In this document: positions 9,084-17,617 of the stretch, in pieces
How the letters are laid out: each line of letters starts with the position of its first letter
How positions within the stretch are numbered: position 1 is the first letter of the stretch
Assembly (NCBI GenBank): GCA_022844225.1
Contig: JALHMC010000015.1
Location: 11,297-75,296, forward strand
Direction: 5' to 3'
Length of the DNA: 64,000 bases
Source of the DNA: Hyphomicrobiaceae bacterium
GTDB lineage: Bacteria > Pseudomonadota > Alphaproteobacteria > Rhizobiales > Hyphomicrobiaceae
The notes under the pieces: generated by a model
Database searches by the model: none
What the model saw: the letters and a program-made list of their open reading frames with translations, nothing else
What the model was told of the DNA's origin: nothing
Made by a program: the position numbers and the translations under genes

Positions 9084-10035
9084 TGAACGGAGGGTTGCTG
9101 CCATAGCGGCACCACATCTGGCCATGATGTTGATGTTTGCAGCCTGGGGGAATTTTCGACTGCGCTTCCTGCCGAGCTTGGGACATTGCGCCAGGTAACG
9201 TGGCGCTCCATCCGCGCCCCGTGACGAAAGGCGGACAAGCACCCTTCTCGCAGTCGTCCTCGTTGAAGTACATGACGTATCGACAAGAATAGCGTCCGGG
9301 TTCCGGAGGCGGTTTTTTATTCCACTCTTCGACACCCTTCTTCTTGCTATCAGAACTGCTGGACGGAGAACTGCTGGATGGCTGGCTGTTAGTGATGATT
9401 TGTCGAAGAATCTCTTTGGCTACAGCAGTGACGACAACTCGAGTAATTGTAACCGTCACCGGGTTGATAACAAACAGCCCCTCCGGATCGACAAACTGCC
9501 CTGGCGCACCCCTCACATACCCATACACACTCGGCCCATCGACGAAGCCGAGCGGGTCGGGCTGGGTGTAGCGGCCGAGGGTGGGATCGTAATGCCGGTG
9601 CCAGTTATAGTGCAACCCCGCTTCGACCTGGAACCACTGGCCCGGGAATCTGGTGTTCAGCGTCGCCGAACCCGTGATCGACTGCGCGGCACCCCAGGGC
9701 TGCCAGACGGCCGTCCACACGGCGGCTTTGGTGCTGTTCGTCATCTTCACCGGGCGGTTGAGATGGTCCACATGCACCCACCACGTCGCCGGTGAGCCGG
9801 TGTTGACCGCATCAACCACCGCCAGCGGACGGTCCACCGTGGTCCGCGAGCCCATCGTCGGCGCGATCTCCGTCTCATACAGCCAAATATATTCCCGCAC
9901 CGTGCCGGTGGCGCCGGTCGCCCCGCCGCCGGCCGTCTCGGCGATCACATTCCCGAAGATGTCGTGGACATAGTGCGTCACGCCCGCCGGAGCCACGAGG
10001 CTGTCGCGGATGGCGATCAGGCCAGAGACGTCCAC
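9070..10035 (-). CDS. orphan Rhs fragment (repeats + core end + distinct CT toxin), 5'-truncated
   Basis: Rhs homology begins immediately after the stop of the upstream immunity gene. The core end is HYNWHRHYDPTLGRYTQPDPLGFVDGPSVYGY. The CT has a hydrophobic segment, a Ser-rich linker (SSSSPSSSSDSKKK) and a Cys-rich tail. Confidence 0.8.
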   Translation of the reverse strand: MDVSGLIAIRDSLVAPAGVTHYVHDIFGNVIAETAGGGATGATGTVREYIWLYETEIAPTMGSRTTVDRPLAVVDAVNTGSPATWWVHVDHLNRPVKMTNSTKAAVWTAVWQPWGAAQSITGSATLNTRFPGQWFQVEAGLHYNWHRHYDPTLGRYTQPDPLGFVDGPSVYGYVRGAPGQFVDPEGLFVINPVTVTITRVVVTAVAKEILRQIITNSQPSSSSPSSSSDSKKKGVEEWNKKPPPEPGRYSCRYVMYFNEDDCEKGACPPFVTGRGWSATLPGAMSQARQEAQSKIPPGCKHQHHGQMWCRYGSNPPFNVRQ

Positions 10036-10260
10036 TTAGCCGTCATCTTCACTGCTATGCGGATCGAGATCGGGAAACAATTTGACTACTGTTTGCACGA
10101 GCCCCTCGTAGAGCGCAGCTTGCGCTTCGGCAGCCGCTCGGCGAATTCCCTTTCGCACTTCTGGATCGTCTATGTCGTAGCTGATTTCAATGATTTGATT
10201 GAATACCTCACCGTATTTCTCATACTGAGCTATGATTAGTTCAGCAGTCGACTTTTTCAT
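10036..10260 (-). CDS. putative immunity protein for the CT at 10271-10703
   Basis: 74-aa AT-richer ORF starting 10 nt after the CT stop. Paralog of 5325-5546. Confidence 0.6.
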   Translation of the reverse strand: MKKSTAELIIAQYEKYGEVFNQIIEISYDIDDPEVRKGIRRAAAEAQAALYEGLVQTVVKLFPDLDPHSSEDDG

Positions 10261-10270
10261 TCTGTTGCAC

Positions 10271-11663
10271 TCAGTAAGAGCAACGCTGGGCTTTAGCGCA
10301 CTTTTTCACGCAAAGCACCCAACGAGGCTGAAGGTTTCGGCCGCTACCTGGTAGATCGTTCGGACGATCGACAACTATGTCCGTGCAGCCCTGTTTGCAG
10401 CCACGAATTACTGCCTTACAGCGCTTCTCACGCTCCTCATCCTCTTCTTCGTCTGGCTTTTCCTTGAAGCACTGGTAAAGCAGGATAGCCGCTCCGGCCG
10501 CCGCTCCCAACACCACGCCACTTGGACCACCGTAGGCGCCCAGCGTTGCGCCAGCAGTTATGGTATTCCGCCCGCTTGGATCAACCAACTGCTGAGGTCT
10601 ATTTCTAGCATAAGCAAACACACTCGGCCCATCGACGAACTCCAGCGGGTCGGGCTGGGTGTAGCGGCCGAGGGTGGGATCGTAATGCCGGTGCCAGTTA
10701 TAGGATGCTCGTGACCTGCGAGCCCGCGTATGTCAGCTTGTAGTCACGAACAAGCGTCGTGTCCGCCAGAACGCGAACGTTCTTTAGCCGCTGGGTCTCA
10801 AGATAGACTTGGCCATTGAGAAAATAGCGCCGCTCCGCACCGGCTGCGCGCGGCTCATACACGAAGTCGACCGAGTTGAACGGCGTCAGCCCTTGCCCGT
10901 CGTTGCCCGTGTAGTCGACACGGTCGAGCACATGCTCTCCCGTCGTCGTGTTTTCGCTATAGACGTAGAGGACATAGTTTCCGAGCCGGTCCGACAGCTT
11001 GTTCAGAGCCCAAACGCGAACCGCAGTCCCGCCGAGAACTTCGACCCGCGAGTCGGCCGTCATGCCGTACTCCAGGATCTCGCCCGATTTGCGCCAGACC
11101 CGAAACGACTGCGGTCCCCCGCCGACCGAGCCGTACGACACGACCTTTGAGAACTCCTCGATCTTCGTCCGGTACTCTGTGCCATTCGCACCGTAGGTGC
11201 CGCTGACCGCAAGCAGACGCTGGCCGTTGAGGCAGAATTGGTCGTTGGCATCGTAGTCGACCGGATCGATCGTCCCGTCGTTGTAGAGATCGAGCGGACA
11301 GCGCGAAATCGAGCTGATGCCGCCGATCGAACCACCGTACCCGACGACACCGTTGCCACCCGGCCAAACAAACTGCAGCGTCAAGTTCGGCTGGACACCC
11401 GTCGTCCCGGCCGGCACCGTGATCGGGACGGTGTAGTTGGCGCTGCCTGAAGCCCCAACGCCCGCGTTGCCTGCCGTCGCTCCAACGATTTGCGATGGCG
11501 GCAGTATTGGCGCACCGTTCGCATCTGCCGTACCGCCAAAACGAGCATAGGGGTTGGACTGGGCGACAGCTGTCGCACTACTTCCCAATACCGCTGCGAA
11601 AAACAAAAATGGTCCTAGCGCGCTGAATCCAGCGCGTGCAAAAATGCCCGCCATCCTCGACAC
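10271..11663 (-). pseudogene. main rhs gene remnant: signal peptide + SpvB-like N-terminal domain joined out of frame to the Rhs core end + CT; repeat shell deleted
   Basis: The N-terminal ORF (11663->10698) carries a signal peptide (FLFFAAVLGSSATAVAQ) and SpvB-type motifs (ANYTVPITVPAGTTGVQPNLTLQF ... ISRCP ... DQFCLNGQRLL). A TAA lies at 10698-10700. From 10703 downward a different frame reads YNWHRHYDPTLGRYTQPDPLEFVDGPSVFAYARNRPQQ... to 10271. Confidence 0.7.
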
Positions 11664-12018
11664 CCTCTCGCAACAGCCCGCTGGAAGACCTACTGGTCAA
11701 CAGTGGTTGCCAACCCCATAGAAAACGGGGCCAACGAAGCGTGCGACATCATTTGGGTCAAGTCGTCGCAAGGTCGAGTGTGGCGAGCGCGCCGCGCTGA
11801 AAAACTTCTTCGATAGTTCGTCTGCAAAGGAGAAAAACGTAATTCTCCAGGTCCAACTTCGCCGAATGAAACGTCGTCTCTCTTGAAGCTTCAAGCGCTT
11901 GCTCGCGCCGGCTTCGAAACCGATCTCAATTGTGAAAAGCGGAACTCCTCGCGCACTCTGGCCTCGAGATTTTTTGGCGGTGATGCTTCACGCTTGTGAT
12001 CATGAACGCTGGAAACAT

Positions 12019-12468
12019 TCACTCCCAGCTCTTCACGTCCCGATCCTCGTCAGCACCTCCATCCGCATTGTCACGCCCAAGTGTAAAGAGATCAAATCGA
12101 CCGTGTTGTCCGGGACTGCGATACTGATAGACGTTCCCCCAGGGATCGATAATGGCAGTGTCCTTTGCCAGATAGGGCCCACTCCAGGTCTTTGCGCTGG
12201 CAGGTGCCTTGATCAACGATTGCAGACCCTCTTCCGTCCGGGGGTAGACACCGTTATCCAAACGATACAGCTCGAGAGCGTTTGAGATGTTTCCGATCTG
12301 GACCTGCGCGGTCTGCCCTTTGGCCCGGCCGAAGTAGTTCAGTGCCTGCGGTCCGACCAGGGTTGCCAGCAAAGTGAGGATCGCCATCACGACCAGCAGC
12401 TCGATCAGCGAGAAACCTTGATCATGCTGCTCAGAACTGCGACGCTTCACTCTAGCTTTTTCAGACAT
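12019..12468 (-). CDS. gspG: type II secretion major pseudopilin GspG-like
   Basis: Class III prepilin signal and N-terminal helix (GFSLIELLVVMAILTLLATLVGPQ). GspG-type body present (ALELYRLDNGVYP ... GPYL ... DPWGNVYQY ... LGRDNADGG). GGGAG SD lies before the ATG at 12468. Confidence 0.85.
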   Translation of the reverse strand: MSEKARVKRRSSEQHDQGFSLIELLVVMAILTLLATLVGPQALNYFGRAKGQTAQVQIGNISNALELYRLDNGVYPRTEEGLQSLIKAPASAKTWSGPYLAKDTAIIDPWGNVYQYRSPGQHGRFDLFTLGRDNADGGADEDRDVKSWE

Positions 12469-12644
12469 GATAACTCCCGGAACAAGCACAACACTTCCAG
12501 GCTAGATAGACGATCGTGCACCTCAAGCCAAGGTTCAGCCCTTGACGACAACGATCCGTGGCGGCAAGTCGCGACCGATCGGTCGACCGGTTGCATTCGA
12601 CACAAGACCATCTCTCCAATCCAACTAAAGTCGGTACCGTGCCA

Positions 12645-13220
12645 ATGCTGCCGCAGAATTCTCTAACTGTTTCATGGCCAGCGTACCAAGCCGCGTTCGG
12701 ATTCGGCTTGGTCTACATGACTATGGCGCTGCCGAAGGTTGTTTTGGGCCATTCTGCAACTGCCAGCACTGCGCTCGTCAGCGCTGGTATCGCGTCAGTA
12801 CTGATCGCGCTCAGCGTGATTGACATGCGATCGTGCCGCTTGCCGGATGTTTTGACAATCCCGCTTGTGGTGGCTGGCATCGTGATCTCAGACACGCTTG
12901 GTTGGGATGACTGGTCTGCCCGAACGATGGCGGCAGCAGTTGGATTTGTTATTCTATATGCTACGCGAGTACTGTACTTTCGATGGCGCAACCATCACGG
13001 CCTGGGACTTGGCGATGCCAAACTGTTCGCGGCGGCCGGCGCCTGGACAGGTATTGCGGGACTGCCTGCCGTGATGTTGTGGGCCTGCGGAACAGCGCTC
13101 GCGTTCGTATTTCTGTGGAAGTCTCGCGGAACCGTCATTTCTTCATCAACCGCCCTACCCTTCGGGCCTTTTTTAGCGATCGGCATCTGGGCTGTTTGGC
13201 TCTATGGGTCACCTGCATAA
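12645..13220 (+). CDS. A24-family prepilin peptidase
   Basis: Polytopic membrane protein with two Asp motifs (SVIDMRSCRLPD and GLGLGDAKLFAAAGAW). The start is uncertain because the ORF is open from 12558. Confidence 0.8.
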   Translation: MLPQNSLTVSWPAYQAAFGFGLVYMTMALPKVVLGHSATASTALVSAGIASVLIALSVIDMRSCRLPDVLTIPLVVAGIVISDTLGWDDWSARTMAAAVGFVILYATRVLYFRWRNHHGLGLGDAKLFAAAGAWTGIAGLPAVMLWACGTALAFVFLWKSRGTVISSSTALPFGPFLAIGIWAVWLYGSPA

Positions 13221-13903
13221 GCATGCCTATTTCGGCACGAAGCCCGCCGCCAGCGCGACGCACGCGAACGCCGCGAGGATGTCACGTATGTCAAGTTGCC
13301 CATTCGCATTTTACGGTAGCGGACAGGCCGAAGTGCAGAATTAGGTCGCCCGCGTGATCCCGCCGACCACGACGGAGGTCACGGCGTTGCGACTGCTACA
13401 AGTATCCGCATAGGTCGTACCCAAGCGCGCATCGGACGACTCGCCTCTCCGTGCCATTTCCATGTCGCCGTAGCAGAAAATGGAAATCGCCGGATTCGAA
13501 ATCGGCGCATGGTATTATCATCAGTTGCCGTCCCGCAGCCTTGGCGCTGCTGGGCAATATGACACCCACCGGAACATCGACGCGATCATCTTAAGGTTCG
13601 CTGTTCTACTGGCAGCTGCCAACCCACAAATCGCGACCTCCTTGCACGCCGATGGCAGAAACTGGCCCATCGCGCCCGACAGCTAGCGTCCGCTATTCGT
13701 CCAACGCAACGCGCGAAAGAAAATGGTGCTCCTAGCCCAATGCTTCGCCGTCCCAACGCAACGTCCGCTTACCGAAGTCTCGCTGCCATAACATCTGCGC
13801 GCAATGCTCTGAAACGACCAATAGCGGCAATTGGCTATCACTACCGGAGAGCTTTGAACCTCGCGACGTAGCCAATTTACCTTCGACCCCGCCTCGTTGA
13901 TCC

Positions 13904-14236
13904 TTGCTCAACCTGCTCGCCGACGAGCGTCTCGCGCTGTTCGTCACACTCGTCTATGAAATCCTGCTGCAAGACCCGGACTTGGAAGCGGCGCGCTTTC
14001 AGATCATCGATCTCAGCGCCATTAAACCCGGTGAAAAACGTTCACTGCGCGTGATCGATGCCGCCGATATTCCACGTCTGCCGGCGGAGCGTGTTCGCGC
14101 CATGCTTGAAGTCTTCGCCGAAGGGTATTTCCGCGCTCAAGCTGAACTGGCTTCGAAACCGTCCACCGACAGCAAGGAAAGCGACGGCCCTCACCCCGAC
14201 CAGTATGATTTTTTTGATCCACTCGGAAAAAGATGA
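13904..14236 (+). CDS. hypothetical protein (possibly a gene fragment; TTG start)
   Basis: 110-aa ORF with plausible composition. No motif recognised. Confidence 0.3.
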   Translation: MLNLLADERLALFVTLVYEILLQDPDLEAARFQIIDLSAIKPGEKRSLRVIDAADIPRLPAERVRAMLEVFAEGYFRAQAELASKPSTDSKESDGPHPDQYDFFDPLGKR

Positions 14237-14310
14237 ACTCCTTCTGGAAGAAGCTCTCTCTTCAACGTGCTCTGCGTAAACCCACCATAACGCAACTGAA
14301 TGCGATTTCT

Positions 14311-14352
14311 GAGACCCACACGAGACCCAGAGAGTTTTTAAAATGAGACCCA
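14311..14352 (+). repeat. three direct copies of GAGACCCA(C/G)A next to the tRNA fragment
   Basis: Copies at 14311, 14322 and 14345. They could be recombinase or accessory-factor binding sites. Confidence 0.4.
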
Positions 14353-14377
14353 GAAACCGCTAAAGGCTTGAATTTAT

Positions 14378-14426
14378 TGGCGCGCCCGAAAGGATTCGAA
14401 CCTCTGACCCCCAGATTCGTAGTCCG
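14378..14426 (-). other. 3' fragment of tRNA-Arg(ACG): anticodon arm, variable loop, T-arm, acceptor 3' strand, CCA; att-site candidate
   Basis: The minus strand reads tcggaCTACGAAtctgg-gggtc-agaggTTCGAATccttt-cgggcgc-g-cca. The preceding bases (…tgttacggcacttttt) cannot form a D-arm or a 5' acceptor strand. Confidence 0.6.
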
Positions 14427-14583
14427 AAAAAGTGCCGTAACATGGACAAACATGACGGCACATCAGAACTAGTAAAACGCCTAAATATCAACAAATTATA
14501 GCGTTATAAGGAGACATGGCGCCACCCTGTGACACCGCCTGTTCTGCGTCCATATTGCGTCCACGGCTGACCCTCGGACTCAT

Positions 14584-15738
14584 ATGCTCAACGATCTTCT
14601 GATCCGCAAATTGCCCGTACCGGCGGCGGGCGTCGCACAGCATCCCGACGGCAAACTGCCGGGGTTCGGCGTGCGCGTCACGGCCAACGGCGTCCGGTCC
14701 TTTTATCTGGCCTATCGCCATCAGGGGAAGAACCGGCGTCTCAACCTCGGGCGATACCCGACCACGTCTCTCCAGAAGGCACGAGGCAAAGCCTACGCCG
14801 CGCTCTCTGAACTTGAAGACGGCCGGGACCCGAGCGGTCACATCTCGAAAACGGAGACGTTCGCCGGGGCGGTCGATGCCTTTGTCTCGAACCATTGCCA
14901 GCGACATAATCGATCCAGCACGGCCGCTGAGACCGAACGCCTGCTCAAGGTCTACTTCCTTCCCGGTTGGAAAAACCGGAAGGTTGAGGCCATCACCAAG
15001 TCGGATGTGACGGAGGCGCTTGAGCCCGTCATCAAACGCGGCGCGCAGGGAGCAGCCCGGCACGCCTTTGCTGCCATCCGCAAGATGTTCAACTGGATGG
15101 TCGAGCAGGGCATGCTGGAAATCAGTCCGTGTACCGGCATGAAGGCGCCGGGAAAGCCCGGCAGCCGTGACCGCGTGCTCTGCGACGGCGAACTCGCACT
15201 GGTCTGGACAGCCGCTCTCGATATCGGCCTTCCTTTCGGGCCGATCGTTCAACTGTTGATGCTGACGGCACAACGGCGGGGCGAAGTCGTTGCCATGGCA
15301 TGGGACGAGATCGACGAAGCTCGCGCAATCTGGACCATACCGGGCGAGCGCACGAAGAACGGCAAATCCCATGCGGTGCCGTTGTCGGCGGCTGCGCTCA
15401 AGATACTCTCGCGCGTTCCAAGATCGAATTCGCCTTATGTTTTCCCGGCACGCGGCAAACCAGACCAGCCTTACGCCGGTTACTCGAAGGGCAAGCGCGA
15501 GCTCGACGCCGTCGCCGGCCTGCACGACTGGACGCTGCACGATCTCCGGCGTAGTGCAGCGACCGGCATGGCCAGCCTTGGGGTTGCGCCGCATGTTGTT
15601 GAGCGCGTACTCAACCACGTCTCGGGAACGTTCGCGGGCGTGGCAGGCGTCTACAACCGGTTCAAGTACGAAGATGAGATGCGCGAGGCGCTTAATCTCT
15701 GGGAACGCCATGTCATCAAATGCACAGCGCGCCCTTAG
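14584..15738 (+). CDS. int: tyrosine recombinase / integrase (P4-like, DUF4102-type N-terminal arm-binding domain)
   Basis: N-terminus GFGVRVTANGVRSFYLAYRHQGKNRRLNLGRYP. Catalytic region has LLMLTAQRRGEV (Arg), HDLRRSAAT (HxxR) and GVYNRFKY (Tyr). Confidence 0.95.
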   Translation: MLNDLLIRKLPVPAAGVAQHPDGKLPGFGVRVTANGVRSFYLAYRHQGKNRRLNLGRYPTTSLQKARGKAYAALSELEDGRDPSGHISKTETFAGAVDAFVSNHCQRHNRSSTAAETERLLKVYFLPGWKNRKVEAITKSDVTEALEPVIKRGAQGAARHAFAAIRKMFNWMVEQGMLEISPCTGMKAPGKPGSRDRVLCDGELALVWTAALDIGLPFGPIVQLLMLTAQRRGEVVAMAWDEIDEARAIWTIPGERTKNGKSHAVPLSAAALKILSRVPRSNSPYVFPARGKPDQPYAGYSKGKRELDAVAGLHDWTLHDLRRSAATGMASLGVAPHVVERVLNHVSGTFAGVAGVYNRFKYEDEMREALNLWERHVIKCTARP

Positions 15739-15786
15739 AATGAGCACTGGGCCTCGCGCGATGCACCGATGCAAGAACGAGCGTAG

Positions 15787-16179
15787 ATGGCGATAACCGA
15801 ATACACCTTTCCTGTTGCGCCTGCGGACACCGGCTACTGCGTATTCCCGGCGGTGCTGGAGGACGATCCGTTGGTGCTGTTTCATGCGACCCCGGCCGTT
15901 AACTTCGACGCCATCATGAAAGATGGCTTCAAGATCCCCGATCCCAACGGAACTGCCGGACTACCCTCAGTGTCGTTCGCAAAGCGCAGTGTGTCGTCGC
16001 TGACGCACGCAATGGAAACGCGAAGCAAACATCCGGGAGCTTGGTGCATCTTCGCTGTGCGCTATTTGGCGCTGGATGGGGTAACTGAAAACTACAGCGA
16101 TATCCATGATTGTAAGCTCGACCCGCACCCTGAGATAATCGGGTACTGCATCGTACCTGCCACTTATAATCACGTTTGA
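15787..16179 (+). CDS. hypothetical protein (weak resemblance to H-x-T ADP-ribosyl/2'-phosphotransferase fold)
   Basis: 130-aa ORF between int and the relaxase gene. The segment LVLFHATPAVNFDAIMKDGFKI ... SVSFAKR is reminiscent of the KptA/Tpt1 pattern LYHGT...GL...VHLS. Confidence 0.5.
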   Translation: MAITEYTFPVAPADTGYCVFPAVLEDDPLVLFHATPAVNFDAIMKDGFKIPDPNGTAGLPSVSFAKRSVSSLTHAMETRSKHPGAWCIFAVRYLALDGVTENYSDIHDCKLDPHPEIIGYCIVPATYNHV

Positions 16180-16201
16180 AACCGCTCAAGGCACCGGACG
16201 A

Positions 16202-17617
16202 TCACATCTCGTTGCCAAAATCCCAGCCGGGATTCTGCCGCCGCCATTCCTCCATCTGCGTCTTGATCGCCGCAACCCGAGACATCTGGACGGGCGAACG
16301 GGTGTTGACAGCTTCGTTGAATTTCTCGGATGCCGGCACATCGGGCTGAGGCGGAGCTGGCAACGCGCGAGACTGCTTGCGCTCCGCGAGCAGTGTTTCC
16401 CTGGCAAGATCGAATGTCACAACAAACCGCAACTGGGATTCGTGCTCGCTTCTTGCCAGCTTCCGTTCTTCTGCCTGTCTGTCGCGAAGCGTGTCGAACC
16501 GATGCTTGTGCTGCTGCCAGATGCGTTCAGAGATCACCTTCTTCTCAGACTTCTCCGACCGCGCGAGGTTGCGCCGCTCCTTGTCGTGGACCGCTTCAAC
16601 CCGTTTCATGAGCCTGTCGGGCCTCAGGATGAGGCCCGCCATTTGTCTTAAGGTAAGGCGCTTGCCATCGCCCAACCGCTCGCGGTTCCTGAAGACGAAC
16701 ACGGCCCGCTCGAACGGATGCGTGGCGTCCTGCGCAAGCGATCTCTTCTCCTTATTGTGGGCGCGATAGAGGTCGCGCCACAGCGGACGGTAGCGGTCGG
16801 ATACGGTTGTTCTCGCATGGTCCACGGTGGCATGCGTTGAAACGTCGAGGTTGTCGCGCTCCTGAACCTGTCGTTTCCAAAGCTCATCAAGATTTGCAGT
16901 CGCCTTGCCTGGAAGGAGCGGCGCGATTTCCTTCCTCAGCTGTTTCATTCGGTCGATGATGTCTTTGCGGTCGAGCCAGTCCTCGCGCTGTGCGGATTTG
17001 TGCTTCACCGGGACGTAAGGCGGGGCATTTTGAATCTCGTCGAGACTAGCGCGCAGCAGCTCAGCGGACCGTTTTGCGATCTGAATGTTGTCGCGTGCCT
17101 CGTTGTTCTTGATCCGCTGATCGATATGGATGCCGTGTTGTTTTTCGTAGGCCTCCGCCCAACGGGACAGATGTTCCTTTGTGTACTTCAGCGGGGCGGT
17201 CATCCCGGTATTGGGATGGACGGTGTTGACGATGATGTGCACATGCAAATGATCCTTGTCGCTGTGCGCTGCCATCAGCGCCTGATGCTCATCGAGCTTG
17301 AGAGCCTTCAGGCTCGACAGGGCCGTCTCCCGCATGTGCTCAGGGCTTGGATTGTCGCTCGCGGCCCAAGACAGCGTGTAGTGGAGGACCGGCTTTGTGT
17401 TCTTGCGCCCGCGCGCGTCCTGCCCGGACTGTTGCTTGAGCAACGCCTGGTCGCGGGCGACGGTGAACATCTCCGACCATGCGTTTTCGGGTCGGGAGAG
17501 GAGATTGGCCGTCTCTGCCCAAAGCACCCGGTCAGTCGTGTCCTTGCCCGCGTCGTGCAGGATGTACCTGCACGCTCCTTTGAAAGACGTGCCGCGCTTG
17601 TGCAGGCGAGGGATCAT
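16202..17617 (-). CDS. relaxase/mobilization nuclease (MobA/VirD2 superfamily)
   Basis: N-terminal tyrosine region (GTSFKGACRYILHD) and the histidine triad HSDKDHLHVHIIVN. The start MIPRLHKRG at 17617 was chosen over the longer ORF. Confidence 0.9.
   Translation of the reverse strand: MIPRLHKRGTSFKGACRYILHDAGKDTTDRVLWAETANLLSRPENAWSEMFTVARDQALLKQQSGQDARGRKNTKPVLHYTLSWAASDNPSPEHMRETALSSLKALKLDEHQALMAAHSDKDHLHVHIIVNTVHPNTGMTAPLKYTKEHLSRWAEAYEKQHGIHIDQRIKNNEARDNIQIAKRSAELLRASLDEIQNAPPYVPVKHKSAQREDWLDRKDIIDRMKQLRKEIAPLLPGKATANLDELWKRQVQERDNLDVSTHATVDHARTTVSDRYRPLWRDLYRAHNKEKRSLAQDATHPFERAVFVFRNRERLGDGKRLTLRQMAGLILRPDRLMKRVEAVHDKERRNLARSEKSEKKVISERIWQQHKHRFDTLRDRQAEERKLARSEHESQLRFVVTFDLARETLLAERKQSRALPAPPQPDVPASEKFNEAVNTRSPVQMSRVAAIKTQMEEWRRQNPGWDFGNEM

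Noticed and set aside
8685-9335. Full 216-aa version of the ankyrin ORF.
   Set aside because: The first 84 codons overlap the toxin CT (9070-10035) out of frame. The start at 9083 gives the usual toxin-stop/immunity-start coupling.
11882-11895. Perfect 14-bp palindrome cttgaagcttcaag upstream of the rhs N-terminal ORF as an operator.
   Set aside because: It is a single occurrence about 220 bp from the start codon, with no second copy and no adjacent regulator. It could easily be chance.
14378-14470. A complete tRNA-Arg gene on the minus strand.
   Set aside because: Only the anticodon arm, variable loop, T-arm and 3' acceptor strand are present. The upstream bases (…catgttacggcacttttt) cannot form a D-arm or pair with cgggcgc. 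It is therefore treated as an att-type fragment.
14488-15885. 465-aa ORF on the minus strand.
   Set aside because: It lies entirely antisense to the integrase gene, which has clear catalytic motifs. Its product is Arg/Ala-rich with no motifs, which is typical of a high-GC shadow ORF.
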